DNA of 64,000 nucleotides from Anolis carolinensis (lineage: Eukaryota): NCBI RefSeq assembly GCF_035594765.1, contig NW_026943819.1, positions 17,596,703 through 17,660,702 on the forward strand, written 5' to 3'. Shown piece by piece: positions 11,720 through 25,264 of the stretch. The first letter of the stretch is position 1. Every line of letters begins with the position of its first letter. Position numbers and translations under genes: made by a program. The notes under the pieces are model-generated. The model searched no databases. It was not told the DNA's origin and was given only the letters and a program-made list of their open reading frames with translations.

Positions 11720-12335
11720 CTGGAGCTGTGCTGGTACAGCTGTACCAGAACCTTCTACTTTATTTTCTTTCTGCAAATGTTTGCAATCATAGGACAGGCT
11801 ACCTGTCAATCACCATTACGTTTGGTTCCGCCCCTTGTTCAGGGCTCTGGGAGGGAAGGAGCCATTTTTTAAGTTAGTCTCAATTAGGAAGCTCAGCTAT
11901 AGGACGTAGACCAGCTTGTCCCGTAGAAAAGCTTCATATTTCAAGAACACCAGGGATATAGACTGTCCGGGGATACAGAACAGCAGCACAGAAACATCTG
12001 CAAGCCTTGGCTGGTAGGTCCACTCGACACCCAGACGCATTTGGAGTCGGCAGTGGGTCCCAGATAAGCTAGGCCCAGATAATAGATAGCCTGGGAGAGG
12101 TTATAAGAGGGTTTTCACAGTTATTCAAAGCCAATCGCCTGTCCCTTGGGAACAAGACTCCTTGAAGATTTATTATTTGTTCGTCAATAAAGACTTTGTT
12201 ATTTCTTTAAAGACTCAAAGGCCATCTTTTCAAGGAAATCCTCAACAACCTTTCTTTAGGCACCCTGGCTTCCCGCTGGGCGTAAAGTGTACGTCCTATA
12301 TAATAGACAATCAGTTACAGGCCCAGCGTGTGACA
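11720..12335 (+). mobile_element. LTR-like repeat (solo LTR fragment)
   Basis: Inverted near-identical copy at 50835-51420; contains AATAAA and ends in TGACA. Confidence 0.55.
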
Positions 12336-12996
12336 GAATAGGAGCTTTTTGCCTCTTTGCAGCACTTTGTGAATGGGACCTGCCGAGCGCTATCACATGG
12401 CCCCATTGATGGCCAAAGTGCTGAGAAAGCATTGCAAGACGCTTCCTCGGCCACCACGATTGAGTATTTTTTTTGTAGTTCCAATGAAACTACCTACATT
12501 TTTTACCTATTCCCCCATCTGATAGTGCCCCACGTGCCTGGCGTTTTGCCAGCAATTGCTGTTTAATAAACTTTTCCATGTTTTCTGTTCATATACAATT
12601 CTCTCATTAAAAAAAATAGTGTCATGTAGGTAAATATAGCTCAAGAAAGAGAACCCATGGGATGCAGGAAGAAGAGTTGAGTTTATTACTGTCAGGACCT
12701 CTGTGGAGGATGAGGAAGATGGGAAAGATTGTATTTGCCCAGCTTCTGAATCAGGGACAAATGTAGAACAGCAGCATAACACTCTGGAACTTAACTGCTG
12801 CTGAGCAGGAACAAGACTCTCCAGGGTTTGGGAAAACAGAGTTAAGGCAGGATAAGGTTCTTCAGAGGGAAGAGCAGGAGCAGTGTTTTATAAATGGATG
12901 TTGTGTGTATATTTGGCTGTGTGTATGTGTACTGTGTAGACATTTGTGTGCCCAAGATGTCTACTCATCTGACAAAGGATAAAAAATGGCTGATTA

Positions 12997-13392
12997 CTGT
13001 ATATACTTGAGTATAAGCCTAATTTTTCAGCCCTTTTTTAGGCCTGAAAAAGCTCCCCTCGGCTTATACTCAAGTGAGGGTCCTGGCCAGCTTCTATTCA
13101 GGTCAGCTTATACTTGAGTATAAAGGTATTCAGAGTTGGACTGTCTTATCTTATTAAAGTCTTATTGTTATCTTAAATTACAGTTTTACATAAATATTCA
13201 AAAACATTTAACCTACGGATGCCTCAAATAATTAAATTTTATTAATATCTATTTTTATTTTTGAATTTGACCCATAGCTGATGCATTTCCCACCCTCGTC
13301 TTATACTCGAGTCAATAAGTTTTCCTAGTTTTTGTGGTAAAATTAGGTGCCTCAGCTTATATTCAGCCCGGCTTATACTCGAGTATATACGG
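12997..13392. mobile_element. Tc1/mariner-family MITE
   Basis: TIR C(C/T)GTATATACT(C/T)GAGTATAAGCC, TA TSD; paralogous empty sites at about 35415 and 49175. Confidence 0.8.
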
Positions 13393-14221
13393 TATATGGA
13401 AACAGTGAGATTTTGCAAGAAGGTAAATTGTCTGGCAGAGAGGAATGAGTGGATTGAGACAGAATTAAAACAAACAGGAAAGGAAAAAATGGGACAAATT
13501 GATTTGCAACTCATATTTTTAATTGAGAGGAGCAAACTAGTCAGTCTTACTTCTGATGAAATGTGTACTTTGTTTTGGTACGTGGGATCCAAGATACACT
13601 TTAGATTTGAGACATCAGAAACAGTTGGCTGGGAATATAAAAGTTTGTCCTGAAAGCCATTTCCTTTCTGTGATGGTACCTTGCCGCAGGCTACAGGGAA
13701 AATGCAAATATGGACAGTGTTGGATAAGAAAACAAGCCTGACCAGAAGTGCAAAAGTATAACTACTAGGACTAGTCCATGCATTTGTTGAAAGCAAATGT
13801 CTTCCATTTGTGTTTTGCTTTCATCTCTTGCTATTTCTTCTTTCCTTATATAAATAGGCTCCCCTTCCTCTCAATGTGATGGATAATATATTTCTCAAAA
13901 CACTAGGAATTGTGGTGAAGATTCTTTTGTTCATCAGATATAGAAAACAATACAGTTCAGGCATAACAACATTCAAGATGAAGAATCAATGAAAAATCCA
14001 TGAATGCTTTGAAACAGGTGGGTTTATTGGCAAACATACCTATGGTGTTTGAATGAAAACCACGCAGGTCATTTCAGTTAGGACTACTACTAGTAGTAGT
14101 AGTAGCAGTAATTATATCTCCCAAAGGAGACTGAGTCAGGATGGATGCACTTTTGTTCCATAGGACCTAATGACATGTTATTCACTGAAAGCAGTCTTCT
14201 CTTGTGTCTCTGTAGAACGAT

Positions 14222-14726
14222 TCACCAGCAACCTGAGGAAAGAATGGATAATTGTTCACAATTACATTTGAAGGTGAGGCAGAGAGTGAGAAAATTACAT
14301 AACTAGCTTGAAAGCAATAATTACTGTTGCCTTTTCCAGAAATGGAGATGTATGATTCATATCCCATTATGATTGCAATGTCACAAGGAATATTATGACC
14401 CCTTTAGCTCTATATTAATAGTATTTTTGGAATGGGCACACTAAATAGTGCAGGAGAAATATCACATGGGGGTTAAATATTTCAATTTTTTGTTGTGGGT
14501 ATTTTATTTAAGGAAACGTTTGGTTTCTCGTGTATTAAACAGATGAAGCTTTAATATACCAATAACAATGAGCCCCTGGTGGCTCAATGGGTTAAACCAG
14601 GGGTCCCCAAACTAAGGCCCGGGGGCCGAATGCAGCCCATCGAAGCCATTTATCCGGCCCCCACGGCACAAGGGCAAAAAGGGGTTGGGCTAAATGATCC
14701 AAGGGATCTCTTCTTCTCTTACAACC

Positions 14727-14784
<58 letters not shown>

Positions 14785-17700
14785 GAGGCTGGGTGGCCAT
14801 CTGTCAGGGGTGCTTTGCTTGTGCTTTCGGTGCACAAAGGCAGAAGGGGATTGAACTCAATGGCCCAAAAAAAAAAACAGGGGCCCAACCCTCTTTTTTA
14901 TTATTATTATTGTTCTTATTATTATTATTATTATTATTAATTATTATTGCTCAGTGGCCAACTATAGTCTGGCCCTCCAACAGTCCGAAGGATCGTGAAC
15001 TGGCCCCCTGTTTAAAAAGTTTGGGGACCCTTGGGTTAAACCCTTGTGCCAGCAGGACTGCTGACCGACAGGTTGACGGTTCAAATCTGAGGAGAGTGGG
15101 TGAGCTCCCCCTGTCAGCTACAGCTCCCAATGCGGGGACATGAGAGAAGCCTCCCACAAGGATGGTAAAACATCAAAAACATCCGGGCGTCCCCTGGGCA
15201 ACATCCTTGCAGACAGCCAATTCTCTCACTCCAGAAGCAACTCCGGTTGCTCCTGACACAAAAAAAAAGTATTATATTGTATAACATTATAATATTATTA
15301 TCAATATTATATGTATATACAATATAATATATTATTTAAAATGATATAAAAATATTAGATTATAAAACTGAGGGTGGGGGCCAGGTAAATGACCTTGGAG
15401 GGCCGCATCCAGCCCCCGGGCCTTAGTTTGGGGACCCCTGGTCTAGGGCTTTAAAGGTCATAACCTTTAATGCTACATAGCTAAGGACTTTATCAGAAAG
15501 GCCAGGCGAAGCATCCTGCTTTGTCTGGCTTCTGGCAAGGAAAAAGGGTGCAGTGGGGTTAATTGTCACCCCATATTCAGCTCCCTATCACAGTGCTTTC
15601 CCCATCACACGGGAAAGCATTGCCATCAAAGGGAAACCTTCTGTGTTGGTGTATAAGCATTTGGCGATGCTTTCATCCCAGTTGGGAGCGTGGCAGATGT
15701 CACAAGATGTGGCGTCGGCCTCCATCCCCCAGAAGGAGGCTGATTTCAGCCAATCTGATGAGTTCATAAGTATGCGTAATATTATGCAATGTAGGCCATG
15801 ATAGAGACCTTTAGCCATTAACAACACAACCTGTGGATGATTTATTTTTACCTTACCTCCACACTTTGAAAGACATTCATCCTGTGTCAAAAAGTTATTT
15901 GCATTGCCTCCACAGCCACCATAAATGAACTTCTCACATTGCCCACTTTTGATGTCAAAGTAGAAACGAGGCATGGCTGCGTAACAAAATCCAACGTATG
16001 GTGGAAGTCTGCATATGAAAGAAGAACTGGATTCCCCTAGAAAGGCGAGAAAGGAAAGCAAGAACTTGTACAAGTTCAACTGTATTTATTTATTATTTAT
16101 TTACAGCATTTATATTCCACCCTTCTCACCCCGAAGGGGACTCAGGGCAGATCACATTGCACACATAAAGGCAAACATTCAATGCCATAACAGAACAGAG
16201 ACAGAGACAAGAAGCAGGCACGGGCTGGCCTCGAACTCATGACCTCTTGGTCAGAGTGATTTGTTGCAGTTGGCTTGCTTTCCAGCCTGCACCACAGCCC
16301 GGCCCAGATTACAGCACTATAAAACTGCAGCTCATGAGAAGAGGGATGAAGAAAGGAATATGACGGCACCTTCAGGTTTAAATAATAATTTATTTCCTTA
16401 TAAATTTCCATACAGTACAGCCTTCTTCAGAGACTGTAGGACAATGATGGGCAAGCTTTTGAGCTTGGTGTGTCAAAATTTACCAAACAATCTAGCATGA
16501 CTTGGGTGGTGTGTCACTTCGACACACATATGTATAGTTTAAATAACAAAAATGTATAATTGTAATATGTAACTGTATTTAATAAATCAAAAACTATTTA
16601 CTACCCTTATTTCCATGTACAACGATCTATGGTACCTCTTGCGGTTTCCACACTGATTTCTCTCTATTCTAGTTTCAATGTAGTCATGAATAATGAATAT
16701 TATAATAGTAATAATATGATAATATACTACAATAATAATAGAATAATAATAGAATGATATAATAATAATCTCTCTCTATATATATGTAATATGCATAATT
16801 CGCATGGAGTAAACAACAAAACCACTGGACCAAATCACACCAAATTTGGCCACAAAAGACATAGTCATCCAATCAATCTGCAGGCAGCAGCGTGTCAGCA
16901 AAAATGGCTAGGCGTGTCAGTGTTGACACACGTGTCATAGATTGGCCATCACTGCTGTAGGATAAGGGTAGGGTTTTTTTGAGATATTAGTTTCACATTG
17001 GGTGGTGTCGGAGGCAAGGAGTGGGGGATCTCTCCTGAAGATCTCAGGGCCCAGGCACGTTCATACAAGGGGATGCAGTTGGCCAAAAAACCTGGACCTG
17101 GACCATCTAGGACTTTAAAGGTCATAACCTTTAAAGCTACAGAGCTAACAATCTTATCAGAAAGGCCAGGTGAAGCGTATCATTTCCCCTGGTTTCTGGT
17201 GAGGAAAGAGGAAGCAGTTGGGTGAATCTGTCACCCTGCGCTCAGCTCCCTCTCGCAATGCTTTTTAAATCACATGGCGAAAGCGTTGCCCTTGAGAGGA
17301 GGCCTCTCATGTCGGGGTGAAATCGTTTGGCGATGCTTTCATCCTGGGTAGGGGTGTGGCCGATGCCAGATGTCACACGACATGGTTTGATGTCCGGCAT
17401 CGGCCTCCATCCCCTAGATGGGGTGAAAGCGTCTTAAAACACTGATTTCACCCCATCCGAAGAGTTCGTAAATATGCGTAATATTATGCAATGTAGGCTA
17501 TAATTGAGACCTTTAGCCATTAACAACACAACCTGTGTATGATTTATTTTTGCCTTACCTCCACACTTCGAAAAGCATTCATCCCGTGTTAAAAAGTTAT
17601 TTGCATTGCCTCCACAGCCACCATAAATGAACTTCTCACATTGCCCACTTTTGATGTCAAAGTAGAAACGAGGCATGGCTGCGTAACAAAATCCAACGTA

Positions 17701-19782
17701 TGGTGGAAGTCTGCATATGGAAGTGGACTTCCCTATAAAGGAGAGAAAGGAAAGCAAGAACTTGTACAAGTTGAGCTGTTGATAACAGCACTATAAAACT
17801 GCAGCTCATGAGAAGAGAGAAGAGGGAAGGAATATGATGGCACCAAGACTAAATAATTTATTTCCATACAAATGACCATTCAAGACTTTTTCAGAGACTG
17901 GAAAAATATGGGATTTGAGGGTGCTATTTTGAGACTTACGACAGTTAAATACCTTGATAGCACCAGAACTCATTTGCTATTGAAGACTGCCAGGGAATAA
18001 CAAGTGCAACAGCCTATATTCAGGAGGAAGGTGATTCCATACTCCCGCCGAGTACTACTTGCCACAGAAGACCTTATGAAATCGAAGGAATATACATTTT
18101 AATATTATTTTATGACTTCAGTCAATGGGTGTACCACAGTGTACAATTAATGCAGTTTGACACTACTGTAACTGCCATGGTTCAATGTGATGGAATTCAG
18201 AGAAATTTAGTTTAACAAAGTCTTTACTCTGCCAAAGAGCCCTGGTTTTCACCAAACTACAAGTCCCAGGACTTTGTAGTACTGAGCCATGACAGTCACA
18301 GTGGTGTGTATGCATTAAGTATACAGTGTAGATGAACCCTTGAAGATGGTGTTTTCCATCTGTGCAATGCTAGCATCTGTACAATATTATACACCAAACA
18401 TTCCAGCAAGGTTTATGAGTCTCCTGCAATGGGTTTAATCTTAATCTATATATATAAAAGGGTAATGAAATTTCGGCCTAGGACAAAACAACAAAACTAC
18501 ACATCCCAGAAACACTAAACTTGGCAGCACAACCCCTCATCCATGCCTCTACGTTCATACAACAAAAAGAAAAGAAAAATAAAGTCCTAATTAGAGGGAG
18601 AGGAATAATTGTTTTTATCCAATTGCTGCCAGTTAGAAGGCTAAACTCCGCCCACTTGGTCTCCTAGCAACCCAATCAGCCCAGGGGACAGGCAGAGTTA
18701 GGCCTCACTTAGGCCTCTTCCACACTGCCCATAAAATACAGATTATCTCATTTTAACTGGATTATACGGCAGTGTAGACTCAAGGCCCTTCCACACAGCT
18801 ATATAACCCATTTATAATGGACTTAATGTAAGGTAAAACCTTTACCCTTTACCTTAACTACCAGCAATTCCTCTATACTTTATTTCCCATACCACCATAC
18901 TTCGCCACAGCAACGCGTGGCTGGGCACAGCTAGTATAACATATTTTAGTAGTTTATCTACTGATGGACAGGAAATGTATTCAGAGGTAGTTGTGCTAGC
19001 CATTATCTGAACAAATCTGAAACCTTTGATGACATTACGGAAATATTCATTCTTGCAAATAGAGTAGACGAGGGAATTTCATCAGGTGCCGGTTGTCACA
19101 TAATCCAGGCAATAATACAGTGATAGCATAATAGGTTTTCTTCCACGTCTTTTACATTGATGACTCTTTGTATGTATTTGCTGTGTTTCATTGTCTGTTT
19201 CTTACGTAGCCTGTTAGCTTATTCAGAACACTTTTTCCATACATTTTAACCTCAACATGTTTTCAACAGATGCCAACAAGATATATGGGAATAATATGGG
19301 GAAGTTGGATTTGGTTTCGCAAGTCAGAGCTGAATGACAACCTAGAATCATATAAGCATAGAATAGTAGAGTTGGAAGAAACCTCATGGGCCATCCAGCC
19401 CAACCCCCTGCCAAGAAGCAGGAAATCGCATTCAAAGCACCCCCGACAGATGGCCATTCAACCTGTTCTTGCCATCAACCTAGCACAATATTCAATTTTC
19501 CCCTTTCTATTCTATTCTCACCAATTTTGCAAGGGGGGCAAATGGCAAACAGAGGCTAACAAAGATAATGCTCTTACCAAAATCATGGCAATAGGCATCC
19601 AGTGGTCCAAACCAGGAGACCAGAAATACCATAGGAAGGAGGACAAGGAGGACAATATGATTGGCAAACAAGCATTCAAACTTAGCAAAGATGGTGCTCT
19701 TACCTTCATCATAGGCATCCAGTGGTCCAAACAAGGAGACCAGAAGAAGGAGGACGAGGAGGAGAATATGATTATACATCAT
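14222..19782 (-). CDS. Kunitz gene C1, predicted bi-Kunitz protein of about 147 aa. Exons 19782-19704, 17732-17559, 16036-15857, 14232-14222
   Basis: Signal peptide [26 protein letters not shown] then GTAAGA; two intact 6-Cys exons (174 and 180 nt), both GFCYAAMPR (P1 Tyr); candidate terminal exon tttcctcAG then GCW*, with AATAAA at 14023-14028. Confidence 0.75.
14570..15270 (+). mobile_element. SINE2-like element interrupted by a hAT MITE at 14598-15033
   Basis: MITE TIR CAGGGGTCCCCAAACT with 8-bp TSD GGTTAAAC; SINE halves match 3153-3425. Confidence 0.8.
16085..16305 (-). mobile_element. tRNA-headed SINE with (TAAA)n tail
   Basis: GAGTTCGAGGCC B-box-like motif; second copy at 45692-45915; absent from paralogous introns. 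Confidence 0.6.
16442..16954. mobile_element. hAT non-autonomous element
   Basis: TIR CA(A/G)TGATGG, perfect 8-bp TSD CTGTAGGA; inverted relative at 57881-58495. Confidence 0.8.
18445..18934 (+). mobile_element. Helitron-like element
   Basis: A|TC ... hairpin, CTAG|T. Confidence 0.75.
19345..19460 (-). mobile_element. CR1 3' tail fragment
   Basis: Matches 11080-11190. Confidence 0.75.
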
Positions 19783-19814
19783 TTTGATGCGAATGCCCGA
19801 TGTTGAATAAAGCT

Positions 19815-19885
19815 ACTTTTTAAAGTCTTACATAGGGAAATGTAGGTAGAACAATTAGTCAACAAGTAAGGACATTGTGGCGTTG
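19815..19885 (-). promoter_or_regulatory. Family C promoter with TTTAAAA TATA-like box; paralogues at about 32225, 47678, 56005 and 62247
   Basis: Same position relative to ATG as the family A TATAAA; shares GGAAA and AGAACAATTAGT motifs. Confidence 0.55.
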
Positions 19886-20761
19886 GTCTGCTTACTTCAG
19901 AGTAACTCCCTGTTCTGCAATAAGTACTATTCCGTTCAAACTAGGGTTGAATTGGAGCCATAAAGCCAATTAGCATCATCTGGACCCAACCAGGAAGAGA
20001 TTAATTCCTAGGATATGGCATTGATACAAGCATTATATTTTGTCATACATATAAGTATAATCAGGCCTGTAGCCGGGGGAGGGTGTGTTAGGGGTTCAAA
20101 CCACTCCCAACATTTTTCAGGTTAAAATCCTTGGTTTACTCATGGATTTCAACTGGTTAACCAATCCTCATGCTACGTCTATGAGAAGCAAAAATGAAGA
20201 GTCCCTTCAGAACTGCAAGCACAATCTCAAGCAAATTTTGACAAATTATTCACCTACCTTTCCACCAATTTACATTGCAAAAGCAACAATTGCAGCATTA
20301 GCCGATATACTGGAAGCCACCAATTTGGCCCACCCACAACTGGCAGGCAAAGCCTAAGATGCAGGGGAAAATGTGAAGGTGCTCACAAAAGAGACCAGAC
20401 TTGGTGGGGGCAGTTGACAGGGGCAGAGCTGCAGGATATTTAAAGTTGTTCCACCTCCCTGCTATGCTTTTTGCTTTAGCTTGAGGTAGGAGGCAGGCTC
20501 CTAATGAGGAATGAGAACTTTTCCTCCTTGCTCCCTCCACTCCCCTTTTCCAGAGGACAATGGGGTTCTCTTTGCTATATCTTTGCCCCAGGAATTCACA
20601 CTACAATCTGGGAAGTTTCTGCCCTTTTCGTTTATTGGCAGGGATTTCCCAGTACAGCATAAGGGTTGGAGGTTTGGGTGGCTACACTACACTACATAAA
20701 AAGATCTGTCAAGGCAGTGGCATTGTCTCATTCATCATTAAGCTCTTTCGGTGGCAATATG

Positions 20762-21340
20762 TGTTGTGGTAATCTCTGAGCGGTTAGACTCAATTTAACC
20801 CTCTCTGGGGGAGATTCCACCAAAAAGCAGCAGAGTAGCAAAAGCAAAAGCTTTCAAATGCAGGGCGAACAAAGAGAAGCCTTTGACCATTTAGGATTGC
20901 AATGGACTGCGGAGTCTCAATAAAAGTTCAAAAAGGTATTTATTCAGGTAAAAAGAACTCCATTGTAGATAGAAAGGCTTGGGAGCTGTCTAGTCTACTC
21001 TAGACTGGTTTCTAAGGAAAAATAAGAAAGGAAAAATAACAAACATCTAAATAGTTACATCTTGCCAGGAGAGATGGCAGGACGTGTTGTTAGCTTGAAG
21101 AACAAAGGGGGAAGAGAGAACCAAAATGGTTCCAACCTCATGGTCCAGTTTATTGGGGCCATAAAAGACATTCTGACCAATGAGAAGTTAGTGTCCTTGG
21201 AGATTCACATTTCTACTAACTTCAAAGTAAGGGATGTGACGTAAACAGAATAGAGTGAAACACAGTAAAGCCTATCTAGGCATGCTTTGGAAACAGGGAA
21301 AGGATTCCCTCAATCTAACTCTATCATCTATCTAACTACA
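20762..21340 (-). mobile_element. Possible solo LTR
   Basis: TG...CA ends, minus-strand AATAAA, not seen in paralogous upstream regions; no clear TSD. Confidence 0.35.
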
Positions 21341-21905
21341 TTTATACTTGAGTAGTTCAGGATGATTCCCAACAATATGTTGTGTGTACATATGAGTATC
21401 AAAAGGAATGAAGAAATGGCCATTTGAGGCACAGAGAAACAGGATTGAGATTTCCACTCACGTCGAAGTGCAAGAATCTTTCTCTGCAGATATGGATTGG
21501 GTGTATAGTGTAAATAGTTGCTACGAACCTGTAAGAATCTTGAAATCTGCCAGGGAGGCCCTCCTCTTGCTCCCGCTGCCGTCTCAAACATGACCGGTGA
21601 GGACTAGGGAAAGGGCCTTTTTCTCGGTGGCCCCCAGCCCTGGAACTCCCTTCCAAGGAAATTAGATCAGCCCCAACTCTGGCCACAAAAGGGCTGAAAA
21701 CCTAATTATTTCAGTGTGCATTCGACTTAGCCGACATACTTGAAGCTATCCCTCTCCAATGTTCCCACTCATTCCCATCCACTGCACTTTATTGGCCCAA
21801 CTCCAGAAATTAGAATGATTGCACATATATATTTTATCGCCTGACCCCATTGAAATCCCTAACAGTGCCTTGTCCACTGTTTGTTTTATTGTTTATATGT
21901 TTTTA

Positions 21906-21944
<39 letters not shown>

Positions 21945-21945
<1 letters not shown>

Positions 21946-24900
21946 GACACAACAACGTTGTATGACACAGCAAACAAGATAGACATGCTGGATTTCGTTT
22001 CACAAAACCACAAGTCGAACACTTCCCAAGTGTCTAGGACTGTGTGATGTATTTTCGGATGATGCGTGCAGATCCCAGCAGGGTGGCCTTTTGCAGTTGG
22101 CAGATCGTAATTTTGTCAATGTCTATTGTTTCCAAATGCCGGCTGAGATCTTTTGGCACGGCACCCAGTGTGCCCATCACCACCGGGACCACCTGCACTG
22201 GTTTCTGCCAGAGTCTTTGGAGTTCAATCTTGAGGTCCTGATAGCAGCTGAGTTTTTCCTGTTGTTTTTCGTCAATGCGACTGTCACCTGGGATGGCAAC
22301 ATCAATGATCCAAACCTTTTTCTTTTCCACCACTGTGATGTCTGGTGTGTTGTGTTCCAGAACTTTGTCAGTCTGGATTCGGAAGTCCCACGGTATCTTT
22401 GCGTGTTCATTTTCCACGATCTTTGCTGGTTTGTGATCCCACCAGTTCTTGGCTGCTGGGAGGTGGTACTTGAGGCATAAGTTCCAATGGATCATTTGGG
22501 CCACACAGTTGTGCCTCTGTTTGTAGTCTGTCTGTGCAATTTTCTTACAGCAGCTGAGGATATGATCAATGGTTTCGTCAGCTTCCTTGCACAGTCTGCA
22601 TTTTGGGTCATCAGCTGATTTTTCAATCTTGGACTTAATTGCATTTGTCCTGATGGCTTGCTCCTGGGCTGCAAGGATCAGGCCTTCTGTCTCCTTCTTC
22701 AGGGTCCCATTCGTGAGCCAGAGCCAGGTCTTCTCCTTATCAGCTTTTCCTTCAATTTTGTCAAGGAACTTTCCATGCAGTGTTTTGTTGTGCCAGCTGT
22801 CAGCTCTAGTTTGTAGTGCAGTTTTCTTGTACTGGTTTTTTGTCTGCTGTGCTTTGAGGAGTTTCTGATTTTTGACTTCAATCAAAGCAGGTTCTTCACT
22901 TTGCTTTACATAATCTGCCAGGGCATGTTCTTCTTCTTTGACTGCTTGTTTTACTTGTAAGAGTCCTCTGCCCCCTGATCTTCTAGGCAGATAGAGCCGG
23001 TCAACATCACTGCGAGGGTGCAGTGAATGATGAATGGTCATGAGTTTTCTTGTTTTTCTGTCCAAATTGTCCAGTTCCGCCTGTGTCCAGTTTATGATGC
23101 CAGCAGTATATCTTATGACAGGTATGGCCCAGGTGTTTATGGCCTTGATGGTGTTGCCTCCATTGAGCTTGCTTTTAAGAATTTTTCTGACCCTTTGTGT
23201 GTATTCTTTGCTGACCACAGTTTTCACATGTTCATGCTTGATGTTGTCCAGCTGTAATATGCCCAGATATTTATAGGCTTCTGGCTGGTGACACTTTATT
23301 GTTTGGTCATTGGGCATATTTATGCCCTCACTTTCAATGATTTTTCCCTTCTTCAATGCCACTGTCGAACATTTGTCCAAACCAAACTCCATGTTGATAT
23401 CAGTGCTAAAAATTCGGACAGTGTTGGTCAGAGACTGGATTTCAGTTTGCGTTTTCCCATATAGCTTCAGGTCATCCATGTACATCAAATGTGAAATTTT
23501 GTGAGAATTCTAAGATGTTTGGTAGCCGAGATTTGTCTTTTGTAAGATTGTTGACAGAGGGATCATGGCAATAATGAAAAGCAGAGGGGACAATGAATCT
23601 CCCTGGAAAATTCCTCTTCTGATGTTGACAAGTCCATAGCTTTCATTTCCAACAAACAGTTCAGTTTTCCAGTGCTCCATCATGTTTTCAATGAAGGTGC
23701 CAACGCTTTTTACTAATCCCGATGGCGTCCAGGCACTTGATGATCCAGCTGTGTGGAAGTGAGTCAAAGGCCTTTTTGTAGTCAATCCACGTCATGTGAA
23801 GATTAGCTTTTCGGCTCTTACAGTTCTCCAGAATCATTTTGTCAATCAATAACTGGTCTTTTGTGCCCCTGCTTTTCCGTTTGTTGCCTTTCTGTTCATC
23901 TGGCAAGATGTTTTTTCTTCAAGATAGTCTTGAATTCTGTCAGCTATGATGCCAGTCAGTAGTTTAAACATAGTGGGCAGACACGTTATTGGCCTGTAGT
24001 TTCCTGGTGCTGCTCCTTTTGCTGGATCCTTTTGTATCAGGTATGTTCTTCCAGTTGTTAGCCATTCACTGATACTTCCTTTCTGCAGCATCTCATTGAA
24101 TTGTTGGGCCATTTTTCCATGTAAACTAATCAGATGTTTGAGCCAAAATCCATGAAGTTGATCACTACCAGGCGATGTCCAGTTCTTGACTTTTTGCACT
24201 CGTTTGCTGATCATTTCAGTTGTTATTTCCATCTGTTCCATTTTGTTCTGTGAGAATTTTCCTTCAAACTCCTTTATCCACCCAGCGTTTTTGTTGTAGT
24301 TTTTATTATTTTCCCAAAGTTCTTTCCAGAACTTCGTTGTTGCAGTTTTCTCTGGCTTTATGGTTACTGTGTCTGTTGTTTGGTTCAGACTCTGGTAGAA
24401 CCGTCTTTGGTCTGATTGAAACAGTTGATTTTGTCTGTACTGGATGATTCTGGCTTCATACCTTTCAATTTTTCTGGCTGTTGCTGTAATTTGTTCTTTC
24501 ACAATTTCCAAAGCTTCTTCAATTTTTCTGGTGTTCAGCCAGTACTTTCGGATCAGGTATTGCTTGATTTTGTCGTTCTTCAGTTTCTTCTCTTTCATAT
24601 TTTTCAGGTTACTTGCATCTGATCTAAGCTTTTTGATTTTCAACTCTAGCCTGACCTTCCACTTTGGTTTTCCAGTCGATTTTCTTTGGGGCTGCCTTGG
24701 TTGTAGGAGCCCAAGCTCTTCTGTTACTATCACTGCTGCACTGTAGGCATACTGGTTTGTTTGTTCAATTGATGTTATTTGGACAGTGGAGAGTACTGCA
24801 TTCACATCTTTCATGAGAGGCGCCAGGTGTCTCTTGGGCACTGTTTTTAGAGTTGGGAGCCGCTGTCTTATTGCATTTGCTGCAGCATGAGCCATGATCT

Positions 24901-25264
24901 TATCCTTGAGCTCTTGTTGTCTTGCTGTCACGGTTCCAGGTGCCACCTTGACGTGGTGGGGGGGGCTTAACTGCTCCAATGATGACTGAGGGCTGTGCTG
25001 GTGGTAGTGTAACTACTGGCAGGTCCAACCAAGCCAAAGAGGCCTCAGCTGAGGAGCAGAACTAAGAGCACCTAACCCATTAGCATTATGGAGAATCAAA
25101 CTCAAACGAAGTCTATACTGGCTCGGTCGTCGCCCAGGATAAAAAGGACCACGGTGGATGCTGCTGATTCTGGACATCCATCGATAAGTGGGCTACGGAA
25201 TCATCAAAACCCAAAAGAACAGTCACAGAAGCGGCAGAAATATACAATGCCAGAAAACCGCACA

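Noticed and set aside
14579-15143. Poly-Leu, Ile, Tyr or Asn ORFs here and at 21.9, 25.2, 28-29.6, 42.4 and 53.5 kb
   Set aside because: Translations of (TTA)n microsatellites
15588-15856. Conserved hydrophobic ORF extension [18 protein letters not shown].. after each family C Kunitz exon, a possible membrane anchor
   Set aside because: It starts at a strong GTAAGG donor, its length varies widely and it stops early at 45059; best explained as recently duplicated intron
19270-19806. 178-aa plus-strand ORF and similar antisense ORFs at 31987, 47410, 13242 and 34694
   Set aside because: Antisense to signal exons or running through repeats, with no domain signature
23500-23915. Programmed frameshifting in the R4 element
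   Set aside because: Two of the three breaks are in homopolymer runs; decay or assembly indels are more likely
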